DNA from: Undibacterium sp.
Lineage (GTDB): Bacteria > Pseudomonadota > Gammaproteobacteria > Burkholderiales > Burkholderiaceae_D
Reading direction: 5' to 3'
Assembly (NCBI GenBank): GCA_041913845.1
Contig: JAYSEN010000010.1
Span: 25,707-89,706 of the forward strand
Length of the DNA: 64,000 bases
Positions 1 through 10,176 of the stretch are shown in pieces (positions within the stretch are counted from its first letter, which is position 1; each line of letters begins with the position of its first letter). The notes beneath the pieces are model-generated. The model saw only the letters and a program-made list of their open reading frames with translations. It did no database searches and was not told where the DNA came from. The position numbers and the translations under genes were made by a program.

Positions 1-16
1 TCGGCTTTTCTTGTGC

Positions 17-580
17 TCAGTCTGTGCAAGCAGCTAACAGGTCGGCGCTTTGCAGCAGGTGATGCCGGGCACTGAGTGCGCGTATGGCAATCTGATGCAG
101 CAGCGGACTGATCGTGGTGCAGGCATCGGCGATGATGTTGACCTGGTAATCGCGCGCTTCGGGTGAGAGCGCGGTATGCGTCACGCAGTTTTGCGTCATC
201 ATCCCACAGAGGTGGATTTCCTGTATTTGCAGGCGTTTCAGGAGTTCCGCTAAGCCAGTATTGAAAAAGCTGTCGGCATAGTGCTTGACGATCACGGGCG
301 CGTCGGCAGCACCAGTCAACAGGTCGGGATGTAGCGCGGCGCCGTTGCTTCCTGCATCAAACGAGCCAGTCGGACCCTGACTATTGTCAGCCAGATGCTG
401 TATCAGTATCACCGGGCTTTGTTGTTGCTGGTAATGCTGGATTAAACGCAGCGTCGTTTGTAAGCAGTCTTGCGCTTGCCATAAGGGCAGGGCGCCACCT
501 TCAAAATACTCGTTTTGTATATCAATCACGATTAAGGCTGTGTGTTGAGCGGAACACGTCGTGGTAGCTTTGCTAGTCAT
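17..580 (-). CDS. Isochorismatase-family cysteine hydrolase
   Basis: ALIVIDIQNEYF, IVKHYADSF and CGMMTQNCV supply the Asp-Lys-Cys triad. AGGAG RBS lies upstream, and the gene is divergent from a GlxA-type regulator. Confidence 0.9.
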   Translation of the reverse strand: MTSKATTTCSAQHTALIVIDIQNEYFEGGALPLWQAQDCLQTTLRLIQHYQQQQSPVILIQHLADNSQGPTGSFDAGSNGAALHPDLLTGAADAPVIVKHYADSFFNTGLAELLKRLQIQEIHLCGMMTQNCVTHTALSPEARDYQVNIIADACTTISPLLHQIAIRALSARHHLLQSADLLAACTD

Positions 581-720
581 AGTAACTCCTGGTATCAGTT
601 AAGCTGAGCGATGTCAGCGCGAGGCAGACGTAGTTTGCGCCTCTGCACGACTAAGTGGAATTGGCTGATTAGCCAGGTTTCGGTAAAATTGGGCCAACTT
701 GGTCTTCTCGTCGAAATCCC

Positions 721-1719
721 ATGAGTCCGGTTTTAAAGATCGCCGTTTTAGCGTTTGAAGGCATCAGCCCCTTTCATTTATCCGTCCCTTGTGTCGTTTT
801 TGCAGATCATCATCCGGATATGCCTGAGGTGGAGCTTAAGGTGTGCGCTGTGCAAGCGGGTAAGCTTAGGAGCAGTGCTGGTTTTAATCTGGAGATTGAG
901 CATGACTTAAGCGCGTTTGAGGAGGCAGACTTAATCATCATCCCAAGTTGGCAAGAATTGTACCAAGCCCCGCCTCTACCCTTGTTGCAAGCTTTGCAAA
1001 GGGCAGCACAACGCGGCGCGGCGCTGCTGGGTTTATGTCTGGGTGCCTATGTGCTGGCTTATGCCGGTTTATTGCAAGGCAAACGCGCGACCACGCACTG
1101 GGCTTATGCGGCTGATTTTGCCCAGCGATTTCCCGAAGTCGAGGTCGATGCCGATGTGATTTACATAGAGCAAGGGCAAATCATGACTTCCGCCGGCACC
1201 GCTGCGGCGATGGATAGTTGCCTGCATTGGTTGCGGCAACGTTATGGTGGTGCGCTGGCGAATAAAGTAGCACGTCGACTGGTCTTGGCACCGCATCGTC
1301 AGGGTGGCCAGGCGCAATTCATCGAACAAACCATGCCAGTCAGTGCCCAAGCTCATCGCTTAAGTGCTTTACTCGAGGAATTGCGTCAGGATCTGGCGAA
1401 ACCGCACAGTTTAGACAGCATGGCCGAACGTGCGCACATGAGCCGACGCAGCCTGACCCGGCATTTTCAGCAACTCACTGGAAGTTCACCGACGCAGTGG
1501 TTATTGGAGCAGCGTTTAAACCGGGTTCAGCATTTACTCGAAGCCAGCGAGTTAAGCCTGGCGGCGATTGCAGAACAAAGTGGTTTTTTATCGCAAGAGT
1601 CCTTACGGCTGCAATTTCGCTTACGCTTTGGCGTCGCGCCCAGTGTCTGGCGTAAGCAGTTTAGTTATGCGCCAAGCCAAAAGTATGCGCCAGAGCCAGC
1701 CGTAACGCGTTACGTGTGA
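721..1719 (+). CDS. GlxA/FtrA-family transcriptional regulator (DJ-1/PfpI domain + AraC HTH)
   Basis: GLCLGAYVLAYAGLL, ATTHW, TSAGTAAAMD and HRQGGQAQF motifs, plus a C-terminal AraC double HTH. Confidence 0.92.
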   Translation: MSPVLKIAVLAFEGISPFHLSVPCVVFADHHPDMPEVELKVCAVQAGKLRSSAGFNLEIEHDLSAFEEADLIIIPSWQELYQAPPLPLLQALQRAAQRGAALLGLCLGAYVLAYAGLLQGKRATTHWAYAADFAQRFPEVEVDADVIYIEQGQIMTSAGTAAAMDSCLHWLRQRYGGALANKVARRLVLAPHRQGGQAQFIEQTMPVSAQAHRLSALLEELRQDLAKPHSLDSMAERAHMSRRSLTRHFQQLTGSSPTQWLLEQRLNRVQHLLEASELSLAAIAEQSGFLSQESLRLQFRLRFGVAPSVWRKQFSYAPSQKYAPEPAVTRYV

Positions 1720-1746
1720 GCAGGGGAGAGTCGGCTTGCGCCTTAT

Positions 1747-2433
1747 TTATAGCCAGTGACGCTTAGCTAAATCGAGCCGTGCCGCTTGCAGTAATTCCTC
1801 GCTCGGCATGTCTGTTGTCCGCGACTTAAACATTTCCAGGCAATTTGCCAGGATTTGCACTGGGGTAATCAAGAGTCCCCAGGGAAGGCCCCACCAACCC
1901 CGCATCAGGCAAAACCCGATGGATTTTAAATTGGCGCGTCGGCCGCAGGCCAGGCAGCAAACCCGGGTATGCTCACTCCAATTTGATACTACTCCCGCTG
2001 ACCAGATGCGGTAAGCATGGCGGACTTCAACCTTGGTGTTGTGCTGACTGCAAATCGGGCAGGCGCTGTGCTTAATGTTGTGAGCGTGACTGTAAACCTC
2101 GGTCTGGCTGAAGGCCACGGCTTTTTCCAACAACCGGGCATTGCGCAAGCAACGCTGACTGCAAAAGCGCTGACCCGCGTCAAAAATTGGCGAGCGGCGC
2201 GCCTGACTGCGGCAAAAGTCACATTCCTTCGTGCCCTTACTGCGACGATAAATCTGCTGTTTGCTGGCTAATTGCCCGGCTTCGATTTCGGCGTGACTTA
2301 AGCCGCGCTCAGTCAGCAATTGCAATGCCGCGGCAATCGCGTTGTCGGCGTAATCGTTGCTGGCATATATTTGCAACAAGTCGGCGGTGCTTAAGGAGTT
2401 GAATTTTTCTAAGAAATAATCTTGCGGATACAT
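1747..2433 (-). CDS. Hypothetical Cys-rich (zinc-finger-like) membrane protein
   Basis: 228-aa ATG ORF with CDFC...CSQRC, CPIC and CCLAC motifs and a hydrophobic GWWGLPWGLLITPVQIL segment. Confidence 0.65.
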   Translation of the reverse strand: MYPQDYFLEKFNSLSTADLLQIYASNDYADNAIAAALQLLTERGLSHAEIEAGQLASKQQIYRRSKGTKECDFCRSQARRSPIFDAGQRFCSQRCLRNARLLEKAVAFSQTEVYSHAHNIKHSACPICSQHNTKVEVRHAYRIWSAGVVSNWSEHTRVCCLACGRRANLKSIGFCLMRGWWGLPWGLLITPVQILANCLEMFKSRTTDMPSEELLQAARLDLAKRHWL

Positions 2434-2665
2434 GGGGCCGTGGTGTCAGTCGCGGTTGCTCGCAGCCGGAGTTTAACTATAGATTCCGCGCGATTGATGG
2501 CAACCAGGCTCAAGGCGGCAGTTAGCTACATCAGCCGCTAGCCAGAAAATCAGCACATCTTGACAGACTGTTACACGAAGGGCAAGGCGCGCCGCGCAAA
2601 AACTAAACATCAGCGTGTCAGTTCAGGCTGGGCGGTCAGGCTTAAGCGTACTGACAGGTGGCGCA

Positions 2666-3658
2666 TCACTCTGTTTGCGTGTTCTGTTTTAATGTACTTC
2701 CGGCCATTTCTTGCACATGGCCAGGATTGATGCCGTAACGCGCAAAAAAAGCACAGCGAAATGCCGATTCAGCGCGGTAACCGACCTGCGCACAGACTTG
2801 CTTGATGGCATAGCCTTGTTCCAGTAAATGACGCGCATGTTCTAATCGTAGCTGCTCAAAGAATTTGGCGGGCGTAGTTTGCGTCGCCGCTTGAAATTTG
2901 CGTAAGAAGTTGCGCTCCGACATACTGACTCGTTGCGCCATGTCGGCGACCTTGACAGGATGACTAAGCTGACTGACTAACCAACTGACTAAATCCGCAA
3001 ATTCTCCCTGAGCCGCGCCCTGAACTTCGAGCAATTGGCTAAATTGCGATTGATGCCCGGGGCGATGTGCATACAGCACCAGTTGTCTTGCGACTCGTTG
3101 CGACAACGCCGCGCCATGATCGCGTTTAAGCATTTCCAGCGCCATGTCTATGCCTGTGCTGACACCGGCCGAGGTCCAGAGTCGCTGATCTTGCACATAC
3201 AGCGCGTCGGCTAAGACATCGCAAGCAGGATAAGCTTGTTGTAGTTTTTGTGTAGCCAGCCAATGTGTAGTCGCCTGTTTTTGCGCCAATAAACCAGCCC
3301 GCGCGAGTAAAAAACTACCACTGCAAACCGAGCCATAGCGTTCCACATGTGGCACCAGTGCTTGCAAATGCTGACGTAAGTCCTGATCGCGCATCGCTGC
3401 GCGTAAGTGCGGTTCTGGCGCGCCCATCACCAAAACGGTATCGTGCTTGTGGTAAGCAAACTCATAGCAAGAACGCGCTTGTAACGACAAACCGCAATCG
3501 CTCTGCAAAGCAGCGCTGACGCTACTGATATGACAGATTTCATAAAGCACTTGCTGGCTAAGTTGGTTGGCAGTCTTAAACACGCTGGATGGCCCCGCCA
3601 GATCCAGCAATTCAAAGCCAGGGTAGAGCAAGAAAACAATACGACGTGGTTTTAACAT
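2666..3658 (-). CDS. GlxA-family transcriptional regulator (DJ-1/PfpI + AraC HTH)
   Basis: GSVCSGSFLLARAGLL, ATTHW, TSAGVSTGIDMAL and HRPGHQSQFS motifs. Start moved to ATG 3658 (MLKPRRIVF), which has an AGGAG RBS. Confidence 0.92.
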   Translation of the reverse strand: MLKPRRIVFLLYPGFELLDLAGPSSVFKTANQLSQQVLYEICHISSVSAALQSDCGLSLQARSCYEFAYHKHDTVLVMGAPEPHLRAAMRDQDLRQHLQALVPHVERYGSVCSGSFLLARAGLLAQKQATTHWLATQKLQQAYPACDVLADALYVQDQRLWTSAGVSTGIDMALEMLKRDHGAALSQRVARQLVLYAHRPGHQSQFSQLLEVQGAAQGEFADLVSWLVSQLSHPVKVADMAQRVSMSERNFLRKFQAATQTTPAKFFEQLRLEHARHLLEQGYAIKQVCAQVGYRAESAFRCAFFARYGINPGHVQEMAGSTLKQNTQTE

Positions 3659-3784
3659 GGTGGTGCTCCTGGCGCGATTTCGATGAGGATAGGCGGTGCA
3701 GTGCGTGTGTATGGCTGGCATACTGTTTGTCTGAATATCGTTGTAGCGACGAAATAACGACAATCGTATAGGAGTTTCTTCACC

Positions 3785-4528
3785 ATGGCAAATTTAGGAA
3801 CGCTAGTCTGGCTGGCTCAATCCGGTGGCAAACTGGCCTGGCATGAAAAGTGGCGCATGATGACGCAAGCGATGATGTTGCGCTGGCGTAAGCAAGCTTC
3901 TATTGCCGCATCGCCCTTGCCAGATGAACGACTGCTTACCCCGCCAGACACGGCTATGACACGGGCAGCATTGCAGGTATTGCAAACCAGCAGTCCCGAC
4001 TTTTTAATCCATCACGCGTTGCGCAGTTATTGCTGGGCACGTTTATTTCAGGCGCAGACCAGTGATCCCCGCGCGGTCGATGACGAAGCCTTATTCGTGG
4101 CTTGTCTCTTACATGATCTGGGGCTCGCACCCGACTACCGACGCAGCGACATTTGCTTTACTGTAGCTGGGGTTGAGATGGTTTATGAACTCGCTATTGA
4201 ACAGCAATGGAGCGAGCGACAAACCGACTTAGCTGCCGAAGCGATAGCCTTGCATCTGAATGTAAGGTTAGAACACAGTCAGAGTCGCGAGGCGCAACTC
4301 TTGCGTATGGGTTCTGCGGCCGATGTGCTGGGCTTGGGCCTGCCACGTATCAGTGCAGCAAAGCGTCAACAAGTCGTGCAAGCTTTTCCGCGCCGGCAAT
4401 TTAAGCAGCGCATGCACGATGTATTGCAAAGTCACACCCAACACTGCCCGGATTGTCGTTTGGCGTTGTTAAGCCAGCGCCTGGGTTTTACCCAGATGCT
4501 GTTAAAGAATCCGTGGTTTGACGAGTAG
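3785..4528 (+). CDS. HD-domain metal-dependent hydrolase (cyanamide-hydratase-like family)
   Basis: HHALRSY, ACLLHDLGL and IALHL motifs. Divergent from a GlxA regulator. Confidence 0.8.
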   Translation: MANLGTLVWLAQSGGKLAWHEKWRMMTQAMMLRWRKQASIAASPLPDERLLTPPDTAMTRAALQVLQTSSPDFLIHHALRSYCWARLFQAQTSDPRAVDDEALFVACLLHDLGLAPDYRRSDICFTVAGVEMVYELAIEQQWSERQTDLAAEAIALHLNVRLEHSQSREAQLLRMGSAADVLGLGLPRISAAKRQQVVQAFPRRQFKQRMHDVLQSHTQHCPDCRLALLSQRLGFTQMLLKNPWFDE

Positions 4529-4565
4529 CCAGTTTGCTTTACTGGGGGCTTGCGCTGGGTTAGCG

Positions 4566-5210
4566 CTAGGCGCCATCGCGAAATAAGCGCTGGGTCATGA
4601 GTGCGCTCAATGCTTGCGATCCAGTTTGACTCAGACCTTCAGCAATATTGTGTTGATTGATCAGGGATTTATTTTGGCTGAGTTTGAATTTGGCGGTTAC
4701 CCGCTCTATTTCCAGCTCAAGCCCAACGATGGCTTGCAACAAGCCCCGAATAAATTCCGGTGGCGCGTCGCTGACGCGCCAGGGCTGGGGACGCTGGTTT
4801 TCAAAGTGATCGCTGAGTAAGCTTAATCGTTCCAGAAAGACTTGCTCGTCGTCGATGCGCGTCAGGCGACCATGTACCTGCACCACGGCGAAATTGTAAG
4901 TGGGTACGACCTCGCCACTACTGGCTTTTTCTTCATACCAGCCTGGCGTGACATAGCCCGATGGCCCTTGAAAGATGGCTAAGACTCTGGCGTTGGCCGA
5001 GCTGGCCAATTGCGCTAAACGATTTCCTGCCGCAGCGTGGAAAAACAAGCGTGCTTTGCCATCACTTGGCTCAGGTAAGAACACGCCGGGCAGGTGCTCG
5101 GCTTGCAACTCCCCCTGATCCTGGTAAATCAGACTGGCGAGTGGGTAATCACCTATCAATTGCTGGATTTGTTGGGTATCGTCAAGCGCAAAGTGTTCGG
5201 GTAAATACAT
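4566..5210 (-). CDS. FMN-binding split-barrel protein, PaiB family
   Basis: MYLPEHF start, GPSGYVTPGWY, VPTYNFAVVQVHG and KFKLSQNK motifs. Confidence 0.87.
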   Translation of the reverse strand: MYLPEHFALDDTQQIQQLIGDYPLASLIYQDQGELQAEHLPGVFLPEPSDGKARLFFHAAAGNRLAQLASSANARVLAIFQGPSGYVTPGWYEEKASSGEVVPTYNFAVVQVHGRLTRIDDEQVFLERLSLLSDHFENQRPQPWRVSDAPPEFIRGLLQAIVGLELEIERVTAKFKLSQNKSLINQHNIAEGLSQTGSQALSALMTQRLFRDGA

Positions 5211-5255
5211 GGTTTTCCTTATTCCTGCCAGGGCTGGGGTGATGATGCGGCTGAT

Positions 5256-6767
5256 TCATTGCGGCTGACTAAATTGTTCGCGCAAACGGTTTTTTTGCAC
5301 TTTACCCATGGTATTGCGCGGTAACTCGCTGACCAGGTAGATATGCTTGGGGACTTTGAAGCCAGCGATTTTTTGTTTCAGGCTGGCGATTAGTTCGGCA
5401 GCGTCCACCTGTGCGCCATCGCGCGCTACCACAACGGCGCACACAGCTTCACCAAAGTCGGCATGAGGAAGGCCAATCACCGCTGATTCTGCGACACCTG
5501 GCAGTTCGTCGAGATAGCTTTCAATTTCTTTAGGGTAGACATTGTAACCACCGCTAATGATCAAGTCTTTGCTACGCCCGACAATAAAGACGTAATTATC
5601 GGCATCGCGATAACCCAGATCACCCGTCATAAAATAAGCATCCGCAGTGAATTCGGCCGCAGTTTTTTCTGGCATGCGCCAATAACCCGCGAACACATTG
5701 TCACCCTTGACCTCGATAGCCCCAATTTGATCGGTAGCACAAAGCGTGCCGTTGGCATCGCGTATGCGTAAGCTGACACCAGGCAGGGCTGGCCCGACAC
5801 TGCCCGGTTTGCGCACGCCTAAATAAGGATTGCTGGTCAGCATCGTGGTTTCACTCATGCCATAGCGTTCAAGTATGCTGTGGCCGCTACGGCGTTGAAA
5901 TTCGGTGTGGGTATCGAGTAACAATGGCGCTGAGCCTGAAATGAATAAGCGCATAGTGCGGCACAGCGTCTCATTAAAGTGCGGGCTGGCGAGTAAGCGT
6001 ACATAGTAAGTGGGCACGCCCATAAACACCGTACTCTCGGGTAGGTAGCGCAGTACCTGATTCAGTTCAAATTTTTCCAAAAATATCATGCTGGCACCCG
6101 CCAGCAAGGCACCGTGGCTGGCGACAAATAAGCCATGCACGTGAAAAATTGGCAGACTATGCAATAACACATCATCGCGTCGCCATCCCCAGAGTTGGTG
6201 CAGGGTCTGAGCATTGCTGAGCAAATTGGCGTGGCTGAGCATTGCCCCTTTACTGCGTCCGGTAGTGCCTGAGGTATATAAAATCGCGGCCAGCTGTTGC
6301 GCCTGCAAATCGACACTGTGAAAGCGGTCGGCAAAACTCGCGGCGAGTGTGAGGACACTGTCTGCTGCCTGATAGTCGTCGGCCAGACCATAAACGGGTG
6401 GGCAGTGTGCAAGCTCGCGCAATTTTGCCAGGTCTTGCGGACGCGCGATGAGTATGCCCGGTTCTGCATCGGCAATGAAGTAAGCCAATTCAGCTTCTTG
6501 ATAAGCGGTGTTCAAGGGCACATAAATCATGCCACTACGCAGACTGGCCAGATAAAAGCACAGCGCTTCGGCGGATTTTTCAATTTGCACTAAAATCCGC
6601 GACTGCGGCGCTAAATTCAGACTCATTATCCAGTTGGCCATGCGTGCACTCAGGGCATCGATTTCGGCCCAACTGATGGACTGCAAACCGGATTCACGCT
6701 CAATATGCAGGCAGGCACCCTGGGGATTTTGCTGGTGTGCTTGTGCCAGATGGTCAAATAAATTCAT
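5256..6767 (-). CDS. matB: Malonyl-CoA synthetase (malonate--CoA ligase), ANL family
   Basis: YTSGTTGRSKGAMLSH AMP-binding motif, LPIFHVHGLFVA, ERYGMSET and PRNTMGKVQKN. Confidence 0.85.
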   Translation of the reverse strand: MNLFDHLAQAHQQNPQGACLHIERESGLQSISWAEIDALSARMANWIMSLNLAPQSRILVQIEKSAEALCFYLASLRSGMIYVPLNTAYQEAELAYFIADAEPGILIARPQDLAKLRELAHCPPVYGLADDYQAADSVLTLAASFADRFHSVDLQAQQLAAILYTSGTTGRSKGAMLSHANLLSNAQTLHQLWGWRRDDVLLHSLPIFHVHGLFVASHGALLAGASMIFLEKFELNQVLRYLPESTVFMGVPTYYVRLLASPHFNETLCRTMRLFISGSAPLLLDTHTEFQRRSGHSILERYGMSETTMLTSNPYLGVRKPGSVGPALPGVSLRIRDANGTLCATDQIGAIEVKGDNVFAGYWRMPEKTAAEFTADAYFMTGDLGYRDADNYVFIVGRSKDLIISGGYNVYPKEIESYLDELPGVAESAVIGLPHADFGEAVCAVVVARDGAQVDAAELIASLKQKIAGFKVPKHIYLVSELPRNTMGKVQKNRLREQFSQPQ

Positions 6768-7549
6768 TAATCACCTTTAAATTCCGCGCGCTGTTTTTGC
6801 ACAAAAGCCTGAATCCCACGCTGGTAATCCTGGCTATCCATCAGGGCAAACACCGCTTCGTGTTCGGCTGCGTTTAAACTGCGCTGACTCATGACTTGCA
6901 ATAATTTTTTATGCATGCGCAGAGCCTGAGGGGCAGCGCTTAGCATCGCATTCAGGCTGTGTTGCAGAGCGGATTCCAGATCATCATCGATACGTGTCAG
7001 CAAACCACGTTGTAAAGCTTCTTGCGCGCTTAGGATGCGCCCTTCGAGCAAAAGTTCGGCGGCGCAATGTTTATCGATAGTGGCCAATAATAAGGCCATT
7101 TCGGCAGGAGCTAAGGCAAAGCCCAACTTTTGGATAGGCAGACCAAAGCGTGCCTCGGTGCTGGCTAAGCGAAGATCAGCACAACAGGCGAGCTCGAGTC
7201 CGCCACCAACACAACTGCCGCGGATAGCCGCAACCACGACTTGTGGGCAGGCAAGTAAGGCGAGTAAAGTCGGTGCGATTATCGCTTCGTGATAATGGCG
7301 TGCCTGTCTGGCGTTAGCACGTACAGTGCTAAATTCACGGATGTCCGCACCCGCTGCAAAATGGGCCCCGGCGCCTCGTAATACAATCACGTCTACGCTG
7401 AGATTTTGCGCCAGTGCCAGAGCGTGTTTTTGCAAGGCCAGCCACATTGCCTGTGACAAGGCATTTTGTCGCTCGGGCGCCGATAACGTCAGATAGGCGA
7501 TGGCGCCCGTGATTTGACAGTCAACTTGTCCGGCAGAGGGCGTGCTCAT
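6767..7549 (-). CDS. Enoyl-CoA hydratase/isomerase (crotonase) family protein
   Basis: FAAGADIREF, GSCVGGGLELACCADLR and FGLP motifs. Overlaps the matB start by 1 nt. Confidence 0.9.
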   Translation of the reverse strand: MSTPSAGQVDCQITGAIAYLTLSAPERQNALSQAMWLALQKHALALAQNLSVDVIVLRGAGAHFAAGADIREFSTVRANARQARHYHEAIIAPTLLALLACPQVVVAAIRGSCVGGGLELACCADLRLASTEARFGLPIQKLGFALAPAEMALLLATIDKHCAAELLLEGRILSAQEALQRGLLTRIDDDLESALQHSLNAMLSAAPQALRMHKKLLQVMSQRSLNAAEHEAVFALMDSQDYQRGIQAFVQKQRAEFKGD

Positions 7550-7550
7550 A

Positions 7551-8357
7551 TTATTTGCGCGCGAAACGCCCCTGATAAGCCAGCGTCAATAACACCAGAC
7601 CTAAGGCTACCATGGGTAAGGACAACATCTGACCTGCCGAGATGGTGAAGCCAGGCAAATGCACTAAGTAATCGGGGGTGCGGAAAAACTCAGTGAAAAA
7701 GCGCGCACAACCGTACAGCAACACATACATCGCGCCAACGGCCAGACGTGGTCGGGTTTTGCTGGCAAACCACCAGAGTATGAAAAACACCAGGATGCCA
7801 TCGACCAGACATTGATAAAGTGGTGAGGGATGGACCGGGTAGCTTAAACCTGGCCAGTTCATGGCAAATGCAAAATCAGCTTCGACCGGGCGGCCAGGCA
7901 GTTCGTGATTGATGAAGTTACCGATGCGGCCTGCGGCATAGCCGAGTGGCACCAGGGGCGCGATGAAATCATAGACATCAACCAAGGCGATTTTTGCTTT
8001 ACGCGACCACCACCACATCGCAAACAAGACGCCAAGAAAGCCGCCATGGAAAGACATGCCACCTTTCCAGACCGCAAAGATTTCCAGCGGATGTTGTAAA
8101 TAATAAGGCAAACCATAAAAAATCACTTCACCCAGACGTCCGCCTATGACGACGCCGAGTACACCATAAAACAGCATGTCATCGATGTGTTCCCGGGTCC
8201 AGCCGACTTGCTGGATTTGTGGGTAACGTAAGCGATAGCGGCCCAAAAACACAAATTGGATAAACGCCAGTAAATACATTAAGCCATACCAGTGTATGCT
8301 GACAGGGCCAAGACTGAAGGCGACAGGATCGGGATTCGGGTGGTTTAAAATGAACAT
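7551..8357 (-). CDS. lgt: Prolipoprotein diacylglyceryl transferase
   Basis: HWYGLMYL, GGRLG, GGMSFHGG, GRIGNFIN and HPSPLY motifs. Start moved to ATG 8357. Confidence 0.95.
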   Translation of the reverse strand: MFILNHPNPDPVAFSLGPVSIHWYGLMYLLAFIQFVFLGRYRLRYPQIQQVGWTREHIDDMLFYGVLGVVIGGRLGEVIFYGLPYYLQHPLEIFAVWKGGMSFHGGFLGVLFAMWWWSRKAKIALVDVYDFIAPLVPLGYAAGRIGNFINHELPGRPVEADFAFAMNWPGLSYPVHPSPLYQCLVDGILVFFILWWFASKTRPRLAVGAMYVLLYGCARFFTEFFRTPDYLVHLPGFTISAGQMLSLPMVALGLVLLTLAYQGRFARK

Positions 8358-8438
8358 AATTAGTGTGAGTAATTTCGGTAAAGCGAGTGAGTCTGTCTGG
8401 ATACGTAGCGTTATCGCATGATGTACACCATCAGACAA

Positions 8439-9320
8439 TCAGGATTGTAACAGGCTCAGGAAATTTGCCAGTACCGGATTATTGTCATCGCGACGCCAGG
8501 CGATACCTAATTCTATGCAGGCTCGACTGTCTGACCAGCTTTGATAGACCACGCCAGCACGACGAAGGTTGGCAACCGACTCTGGCACGATGGCATAACC
8601 CATGCCAGCAGCAACCAGACTGATTATGGTTTGCATTTGTATTGCTTGTTGCCCGAGTTTAGGTGTCAAACCGACGGCTGCAAATTCTTGCATAATCAAA
8701 TCGTACAGCGCTGGCGCGACTTTACGCGGAAAGATCACTAAGGCTTGTTGTGCTAAATACGCTGAATGCAGCTTTTCCGGACTGGCTTGCCAATTAGCTG
8801 GCAGCGCCAGCAATAGTCGCTCCTGGCGGAGTGAGCGGTAATGCAGGCTAGTTTGCAAACGATCGGGGATAGGAGCAAGTAAGATACCAGCATCGCATTC
8901 TTGCATATCCAGCGCGCGCCATTGCAAATCCGAGGTCGCTTCTCTCAATTCAATCTGAACCTCAGGATAGCGTTGGTGGAAATGGAGCAGCGTTTCGGGC
9001 AAGATACTATAGTCGGCGATAGACACAAAATCCAGTCGCAACAATCCTGTCTCACCTTTACTGGCTCTTTGTAATAGCGGCTTTAATTGCTCACTTTGCT
9101 GGCAAATTTGACGTGCTTGTTGTTGCAATAAATGCCCAGCCGCAGTCAAACGGATTTGTCGGGTAGTGCGGCTGAATAATTCGATTTCGAGTTCATTTTC
9201 TAAGGCTTGAATTGCTTGCGATAAAGGCGGTTGTGTCATATGCAAACGCTGCGCGGCACGGCCAAAATGAAGCTCTTCTGCAACCATTAAAAAATAGCGA
9301 AGTTGCCTGAGTTCCAGCAT
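8439..9320 (-). CDS. LysR-family transcriptional regulator (IlvR/AlsR-like)
   Basis: LRQLRYFLMVAEELHFGRAAQRLHMTQPPLSQAI HTH followed by a LysR substrate-binding domain. Confidence 0.95.
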   Translation of the reverse strand: MLELRQLRYFLMVAEELHFGRAAQRLHMTQPPLSQAIQALENELEIELFSRTTRQIRLTAAGHLLQQQARQICQQSEQLKPLLQRASKGETGLLRLDFVSIADYSILPETLLHFHQRYPEVQIELREATSDLQWRALDMQECDAGILLAPIPDRLQTSLHYRSLRQERLLLALPANWQASPEKLHSAYLAQQALVIFPRKVAPALYDLIMQEFAAVGLTPKLGQQAIQMQTIISLVAAGMGYAIVPESVANLRRAGVVYQSWSDSRACIELGIAWRRDDNNPVLANFLSLLQS

Positions 9321-9323
9321 AAT

Positions 9324-9560
9324 TCAACGACGCTTCTTTTTGTCGTTTTCAAAATTTTTCTTGGCGCGTTCCTTTTGGATGCGGTCATAGTGTGCATGTT
9401 CCTGGCGTTTATCCAGGCCCAGCATGCGTTCTATAAATTCAAACCAGATGAAAGCAGCCAGAGCACCGCCCACTATCCACCACCAGGATAGATTAGCAAA
9501 TATCGAAACTTCGCCGAGTTTTAACGCAAGCAAGATAACCAATAAAATAATTGCATACAT
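9324..9560 (-). CDS. Small Trp-rich membrane protein (TIGR04438-like)
   Basis: 78 aa with two hydrophobic segments, LSWWWI and FIWFEF, and a basic tail. Confidence 0.7.
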   Translation of the reverse strand: MYAIILLVILLALKLGEVSIFANLSWWWIVGGALAAFIWFEFIERMLGLDKRQEHAHYDRIQKERAKKNFENDKKKRR

Positions 9561-9809
9561 AATCGAATTTAGCCCAAAAAGTGATCGGCAATAAACGCTA
9601 GTCTACCCTAAGCCAGTAGTTTGCCGCATAAAATCAGCAGGCAGACAGTTGATCCTGGACTGAATTTTTACCTGATGAGCGTACTTAAACTGCCTGGTGA
9701 GGCGACTAGTTTGCGGCTAAGGATATTACACCGATATTTGCGCTGGCGCTAAGCTTGTTCGCCAGTTTAAGAGTAGAATTTATGGCAGTTTTTAACCAGG
9801 AGGTAAAAC

Positions 9810-10109
9810 ATGAAGAAGTTAAGCGTTTTAACTTTAGCTTTAATGATTTCTGGCTCGGCTTTAGCCAGTGCTGATTTAGCCAAGGCCAAAAACTGTATGG
9901 CATGCCATTCGGTTGATAATAAAGTGGTAGGTCCGGCGTATAAAGAGGTGGCAAAAAAATACGCAGGCGATAAAACCGCTGAAGCGAAATTGGCTCAGAA
10001 AATAATCAAAGGGGGAACAGGTACCTGGGGTGCTATACCTATGCCACCTAACCAGGTATCAGAAGCTGAAGCCAAAACTTTAGCTAAATGGGTATTGTCT
10101 TTAAAGTAA
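9810..10109 (+). CDS. Class I cytochrome c (c551/c552)
   Basis: Signal peptide, CMACH heme motif, VGPAY and the distal Met in MPPN. AGGAGG RBS. Confidence 0.95.
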   Translation: MKKLSVLTLALMISGSALASADLAKAKNCMACHSVDNKVVGPAYKEVAKKYAGDKTAEAKLAQKIIKGGTGTWGAIPMPPNQVSEAEAKTLAKWVLSLK

Positions 10110-10133
10110 GTGACTGCTTAGCGTAAATCCATA

Positions 10134-10163
10134 AAAAAACCGCTGCAAGCGCAGCGGTTTTTT
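10134..10163. terminator. Bidirectional intrinsic terminator
   Basis: aaaaaaccgctgc-aagc-gcagcggtttttt between convergent genes. Confidence 0.85.
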
Positions 10164-10176
10164 ACTTTTCGGTTAA

